From assembly GCA_934527325.1 (NCBI GenBank), contig CAKTAG010000016.1, positions 1 to 19,151 on the forward strand: DNA of 19,151 bases, given 5' to 3'. Of the stretch, positions 15,428-19,151 are shown piece by piece (position 1 is the first letter of the stretch; each line of letters starts with the position of its first letter). This DNA is from an uncultured Candidatus Soleaferrea sp. Lineage in GTDB: Bacteria > Bacillota > Clostridia > Oscillospirales > Ruminococcaceae. Below the pieces are notes generated by a model, which was not told the origin of the DNA, did no database searches, and saw only the letters and a list, made by a program, of their open reading frames with translations. The translations under genes and the position numbers were made by a program.

Positions 15428-16357
15428 TTATTCAAAATTTATTTCTTTATCTTTTAACATAACATGGTTAATATTTTGTATTTTGTTTTGGTTATTTAAT
15501 TTATTAATTACATCCATAATAATATTAGAAGGTGTAGAAGCCCCAGCTGTGATGCCAACGTTTTTATATATACTAAAATCATATTTAGTTAAGTCTAAAG
15601 CGGTTTCTATTAAATAAGTAGTACAATTGGGTTTACAAACGCTAACTAATTTTTGAGTATTAGAACTATTTCTATCACCAATAATTAACATTAAATCTTT
15701 TTTTTTAGACATATTAGCTGCTTCGATTTGCCTTTTTTTTGTTTCATTGCAAATAGTATCAAATATCTCATAGTTAATAAAGTTCGCTTTTATTATTTCT
15801 ACGCATTTTTCTAATTCTAGAGGGTTATATGTAGTTTGAGTTACTACTTTGATATTTTTGTTTGTTAAATGATGGTTATTTTTTAAATATTCATTAAGAG
15901 TATTAGAGTTTGCAATAGTTTTAAAGTTATATATGCAGTGCCCTTCAATACCTTTAATTTCTGGGTGATTTTCATCACCTATTATTATAACAAAAATAAG
16001 GTTATTGTCTATTTTTTCACCTGTTTTATTATTAATGAATTCACTAGAAACTATATTATGTATTTTAGAAACAAAAGGGCAAGTGCCATTTAAAAAATTT
16101 TTTTTAGAAAGTTGTGCAAAAACATCATTACTAACACCATGTGAGCGTATTACAATTGTTTCATCATTTTTGGCATCATTTATATTTTCTATTACTTTAA
16201 CACCCTTGCAAGCAAGTTCATTAATCATATTTTTGTTGTGTATTATATTGCCCAAAGTACAAATTTTTTTGTTTTGGTCTAGTGCATCATATATCATTTT
16301 TATAGCTCTTTGAACACCAAAACAAAACCCAGCAGATTTTGCTAATTCTATATTCAT
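15428..16357 (-). CDS. ispH: 4-hydroxy-3-methylbut-2-enyl diphosphate reductase (stand-alone, no S1 fusion)
   Basis: MNIELAKSAGFCFGVQRAI, GTCPFVSKIH and DTICNETKKRQ supply the three Fe-S cysteines of IspH/LytB. The HPE motif is also present. Confidence 0.95.
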   Translation of the reverse strand: MNIELAKSAGFCFGVQRAIKMIYDALDQNKKICTLGNIIHNKNMINELACKGVKVIENINDAKNDETIVIRSHGVSNDVFAQLSKKNFLNGTCPFVSKIHNIVSSEFINNKTGEKIDNNLIFVIIIGDENHPEIKGIEGHCIYNFKTIANSNTLNEYLKNNHHLTNKNIKVVTQTTYNPLELEKCVEIIKANFINYEIFDTICNETKKRQIEAANMSKKKDLMLIIGDRNSSNTQKLVSVCKPNCTTYLIETALDLTKYDFSIYKNVGITAGASTPSNIIMDVINKLNNQNKIQNINHVMLKDKEINFE

Positions 16358-16384
16358 AATATTGGTAACTCCATAAAATTTAAT

Positions 16385-16978
16385 TTATTTTGTTGGTGTG
16401 AGGTTTTTAATATTATCCATAATAAATTTACTTGCGTCTCTAATTTGTTGTAATGAATTTTCTGTGATATTTAATTTATTAGCTGGTATAACCTTTCCAT
16501 ATATAACATCTATTTTGCTTCTAAACTTAATTGGTTCGTGGTAAATTATTTTAATAGGGAGTATATCGGCATGAGCTTTATAGGCTATTAGTGCTGCACC
16601 AGCTTTTGGTTTTAAAAAATCACCATTTTTAGATCGAGTTCCTTCGGGGAATATAACAATAAAATTATTATTGTTTATTAAGTTAATAGATGTGGCTATA
16701 GCAGATGCATCTTTTTTACCTCTTGCAACAGGGAAAGCGCCTAATTTTTTTAAAAAATTACCTAAAAATTTATATTTAAAAAGTTCTTCTTTAGCCATAA
16801 AATATAAATATTTTTTTATGGGTTTTGATATTAATATAGGGTCCCAATTTGAACGGTGGTTACAACAAATTATACAACCTTGATTCTGTGGTATATTTTC
16901 AATACCATAATAGTTTACATTAAAAAATATTTTAGAGGCGAAAATAACGCTATTTTTTACGAATTTATAAAAAATCAT
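16385..16978 (-). CDS. plsC: 1-acyl-sn-glycerol-3-phosphate acyltransferase
   Basis: Acyltransferase motifs NHRSNWD (HX4D) and FPEGTRS. The ATGA overlap with the cmk stop indicates translational coupling. Confidence 0.9.
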   Translation of the reverse strand: MIFYKFVKNSVIFASKIFFNVNYYGIENIPQNQGCIICCNHRSNWDPILISKPIKKYLYFMAKEELFKYKFLGNFLKKLGAFPVARGKKDASAIATSINLINNNNFIVIFPEGTRSKNGDFLKPKAGAALIAYKAHADILPIKIIYHEPIKFRSKIDVIYGKVIPANKLNITENSLQQIRDASKFIMDNIKNLTPTK

Positions 16979-17655
16979 TTAAGTATAGTATTAGTTATAA
17001 TTTTATATATGTGGTTTAAAGTCTGGTTAAAATCCATGTTAGAAGAGTCTACCAAAATAGCGTCATTGGCTTGTTTTAAGGGTGCAATTTCTCTAGAACT
17101 ATCATTTTTGTCCCTTTCTACAAGTTCTTTGTAAACGTCATCAAAGTTTATATTGTTGTTATTGGTTAATAAAAGTTCTTTGTACCTTCTAATTGCTCTA
17201 CTTTTTTTAGAGGCGGTTAAAAATATTTTAAGGTTGGCATTAGGCAACACAACAGTACCAATATCTCTACCATCCATAATTACGTTATTATTTTTTGCCA
17301 TGTTTTGTTGTAAATCAAACAAAAATTCCCTAACAAAATTAAAAGCAGAAATGGTAGAAGCAACCATTGAAATTTTTGGTGTTCTAATATTATTGGTTAC
17401 ATCTTTATTGTTTAAAATAATTTTTTGAGAATTGTTTGTGTATTCTAGTTTTATGTTTATGTTTTTTAAACTGTTTTTTATAGCAGATTGGTTATTGGGT
17501 GAAATATTGTTCTCTGTTATATAAAAAGCAATAGCTCTGTAAAGTGCACCGGTATCTACGTAAATGAATCCAAGTTTTTTAGCAAGTTGTTTAGCAATGG
17601 TAGATTTTCCAGCACCGCAAGGGCCGTCTATTGCTATAGATTTATAATTTTCCAT
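16975..17655 (-). CDS. cmk: Cytidylate kinase
   Basis: IAIDGPCGAGKSTIAKQLAKKLGFIYVDTGALYRA (P-loop and the Cmk signature). The tracked ORF extends to 17751 and overlaps the upstream gene. The ATG at 17655 (MENYKSIAIDGP) gives a typical length of 226 aa and lies 12 nt beyond the malQ-like stop. Confidence 0.93.
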   Translation of the reverse strand: MENYKSIAIDGPCGAGKSTIAKQLAKKLGFIYVDTGALYRAIAFYITENNISPNNQSAIKNSLKNINIKLEYTNNSQKIILNNKDVTNNIRTPKISMVASTISAFNFVREFLFDLQQNMAKNNNVIMDGRDIGTVVLPNANLKIFLTASKKSRAIRRYKELLLTNNNNINFDDVYKELVERDKNDSSREIAPLKQANDAILVDSSNMDFNQTLNHIYKIITNTILK

Positions 17656-17666
17656 CTGGTTTAAAA

Positions 17667-19151
17667 TTACCTCCCATAAAGGTTTGATAGTTGATTTAAT
17701 TTTTTGGAAATTTGCTTGTTTAATTTTTTTTCTGGAATTCGCCAACACCAATTAGTAGCTTTTTTTGAAGTGTTGTATAAAGCCATTTTATTGCGTAAGC
17801 TTACAACATCTTGAATAGGGGTTATTATTTTTTCTGCAGCACTTTGGTATGCAGATGTAATAAAAGCGTAGTTAAACTTTGTTTTAGATGTTGGTTTAAT
17901 ATATTGGCAGCAATATTTTTTTTCAATAGAAGGTAGTTTATTTTTCCATTGTTTTAAATTTGAAAAAACATATGAACTGGTAAAAATCACATCTGTAGAT
18001 GAATAGTTATGAGGTAAACATATTTCACATTTTTCTTCGGAAAAAGCAGATTGCATTATTTTTATAATAGGGAATTTGTAATTTTTGTTATTAGGTTTTT
18101 TATTATAATTGCAGTCATATAAAATAGGTTTAAAAAATAAAATCCTGGTTTCTAAAATTTTAAAAACGGCATCTTTTATACCAGGTTTTTCTGTGAATTT
18201 TTGTAATTCAAATTTGCCAGATGCAGAATCTTTTTCAATTACTTTATAGTTATCGTATTGGTCGAAATTATCTATAATTAATTCGTCATATACTTTGTAT
18301 AGAAATTGTATTTTTTTGGTTAAAAATCTGTAATTTGTTTTTTTGAGTTCTTTTAGATTGTAAACTGCTTTAGTGTTAAAAGAATATTTATTGTAAATAA
18401 CTTGTTGTTCGTGAAATAATTTTTGGGTAGGGTGTTTATCTTTATCTAGCATAAATAAATTAGGTTTTGCCCAAACATTTGCACTATCTAACTCACAGTA
18501 AAAAGGAAATTCACCAAGTATTTTTATGTTTTTAGAATTAGCGTATTTTTTTAATGCAAACCACTGGGAGTAAAATAAATATTGAAGGAATACCCAAAAA
18601 TCTATTTTATCTTTTAATTGTTCTTTATATATATCTAATGTTAATTTTTTTCTATTTTTAACAGCATCGTCCCATTGTTGCCACGGCTTATTTTCAAAAA
18701 CATATTTTTTTAAACAAATATATAATGTGTAATCTTCTAACCAAAAGCTATTGTTAGCTCTAAATTTTTCTATGTTGTGTTTAATTTTGTTGTAACTTTG
18801 TTTAAATGCTTGTTCTAATATATAAAATTTATAAATATCAAGTTTTTTATAATTTATTTTTAAATTATCTGTGTAAAAATTTTTTATGTATTTTTGGTAA
18901 GATTTTTTATCTAGTAAATTTTGCTCGACTAATTTTTTTATATCTATTAAGTATATGTTACCAGCTAAAATAGAGTAAGTACAATAAGGGGAACCAGTGC
19001 TGTTTACATGGCTAATAGGTGGTAAGTGCCAATATTTTTGCTTAGATTCAAATAAAAAATCTATAAAACTGTAAGCATTTTCGCCTAATGTTCCTATTCC
19101 CTCATTTCCAGGTAAAGAAAATACAGGCAATAAAATTCCTGCTGATCTCAT
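17667..19151 (-). CDS. GH77 4-alpha-glucanotransferase (amylomaltase, MalQ) homolog, apparently with degenerate catalytic motifs
   Basis: N-terminus MRSAGILLPVFSLPGNEGIGTLGENAYSFIDFL..YWHLPP, plus ILGEFPFYCELDSANVW, IIKIMQSAF, LPHNY and PIQDVV..NWCWRI, all match the GH77 layout. The ATG sits at the window edge (19151). See the finding on catalytic residues. Confidence 0.8.
   Translation of the reverse strand: MRSAGILLPVFSLPGNEGIGTLGENAYSFIDFLFESKQKYWHLPPISHVNSTGSPYCTYSILAGNIYLIDIKKLVEQNLLDKKSYQKYIKNFYTDNLKINYKKLDIYKFYILEQAFKQSYNKIKHNIEKFRANNSFWLEDYTLYICLKKYVFENKPWQQWDDAVKNRKKLTLDIYKEQLKDKIDFWVFLQYLFYSQWFALKKYANSKNIKILGEFPFYCELDSANVWAKPNLFMLDKDKHPTQKLFHEQQVIYNKYSFNTKAVYNLKELKKTNYRFLTKKIQFLYKVYDELIIDNFDQYDNYKVIEKDSASGKFELQKFTEKPGIKDAVFKILETRILFFKPILYDCNYNKKPNNKNYKFPIIKIMQSAFSEEKCEICLPHNYSSTDVIFTSSYVFSNLKQWKNKLPSIEKKYCCQYIKPTSKTKFNYAFITSAYQSAAEKIITPIQDVVSLRNKMALYNTSKKATNWCWRIPEKKLNKQISKKLNQLSNLYGR

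Noticed and set aside
16005-17428. Plus-strand ORFs 16005-16313, 16671-16883, 16856-17134 and 17153-17428.
   Set aside because: They are antisense shadows within ispH, plsC and cmk.
17656-17751. N-terminal extension of the cmk ORF (MVLANSRKK...), with similar extensions at 848-856 (yebC), 4049-4069 (metG) and 7209-7247 (the small coat-like gene).
   Set aside because: The extensions overlap upstream genes or use GTG/TTG codons without an RBS. In each case an internal ATG with a proper Shine-Dalgarno gives the canonical family N-terminus.
1-19151. Scan for tRNA/rRNA genes, CRISPR repeats, IS elements and toxin-antitoxin pairs.
   Set aside because: I recognised no cloverleaf-like GC-rich segments, regularly spaced repeats, terminal inverted repeats with a transposase, or small paired ORFs.

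Overview
Very AT-rich chromosomal segment that looks like a spore-forming, Clostridia-like Firmicute, judged from CotF-type coat genes, cmk-plsC-ispH synteny and GGAGG-type ribosome binding sites. No tRNA, rRNA, CRISPR array, transposase or integrase is visible. Most genes are housekeeping. On the minus strand, reading from 19151 down, there is a GH77 MalQ-like gene, then cmk, plsC and ispH. A five-gene accessory cluster follows (15372..11228), then a DUF1292 gene. Two plus-strand genes follow: an orphan secreted protein driven by a perfect TTGACA-17-TATAAT promoter, and rqcH. The minus strand then carries two coat-F-like genes, a nucleotidyltransferase/LbH/PMM-like fusion, metG, tatD, a DUF975-like membrane protein and yebC. 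The most interesting region is the accessory cluster. It has the known lactococcin-972 trio (Lcn972-family peptide, large DUF1430/FtsX-like permease, ABC ATPase) in an atypical form. The Lcn972-like ORF has no signal peptide and starts roughly where the mature peptide of the family normally begins. Its ATG lies inside the 3' end of the preceding gene in another frame, and it carries a Cys/His-rich C-terminal tail. Two uncharacterised, translationally coupled genes precede it: a small signal-peptide protein rich in Ala/Pro/Gly and a 4-TM protein. A perfect 46-nt palindrome separates it from the transporter genes. Secondary observations: by-eye alignment suggests the GH77 homolog has lost two of its three catalytic carboxylates, and the PMM-like half of the 772-aa fusion lacks the phosphoserine and metal-binding motifs. 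All family assignments come from motif recognition and alignment from memory, not from database searches.
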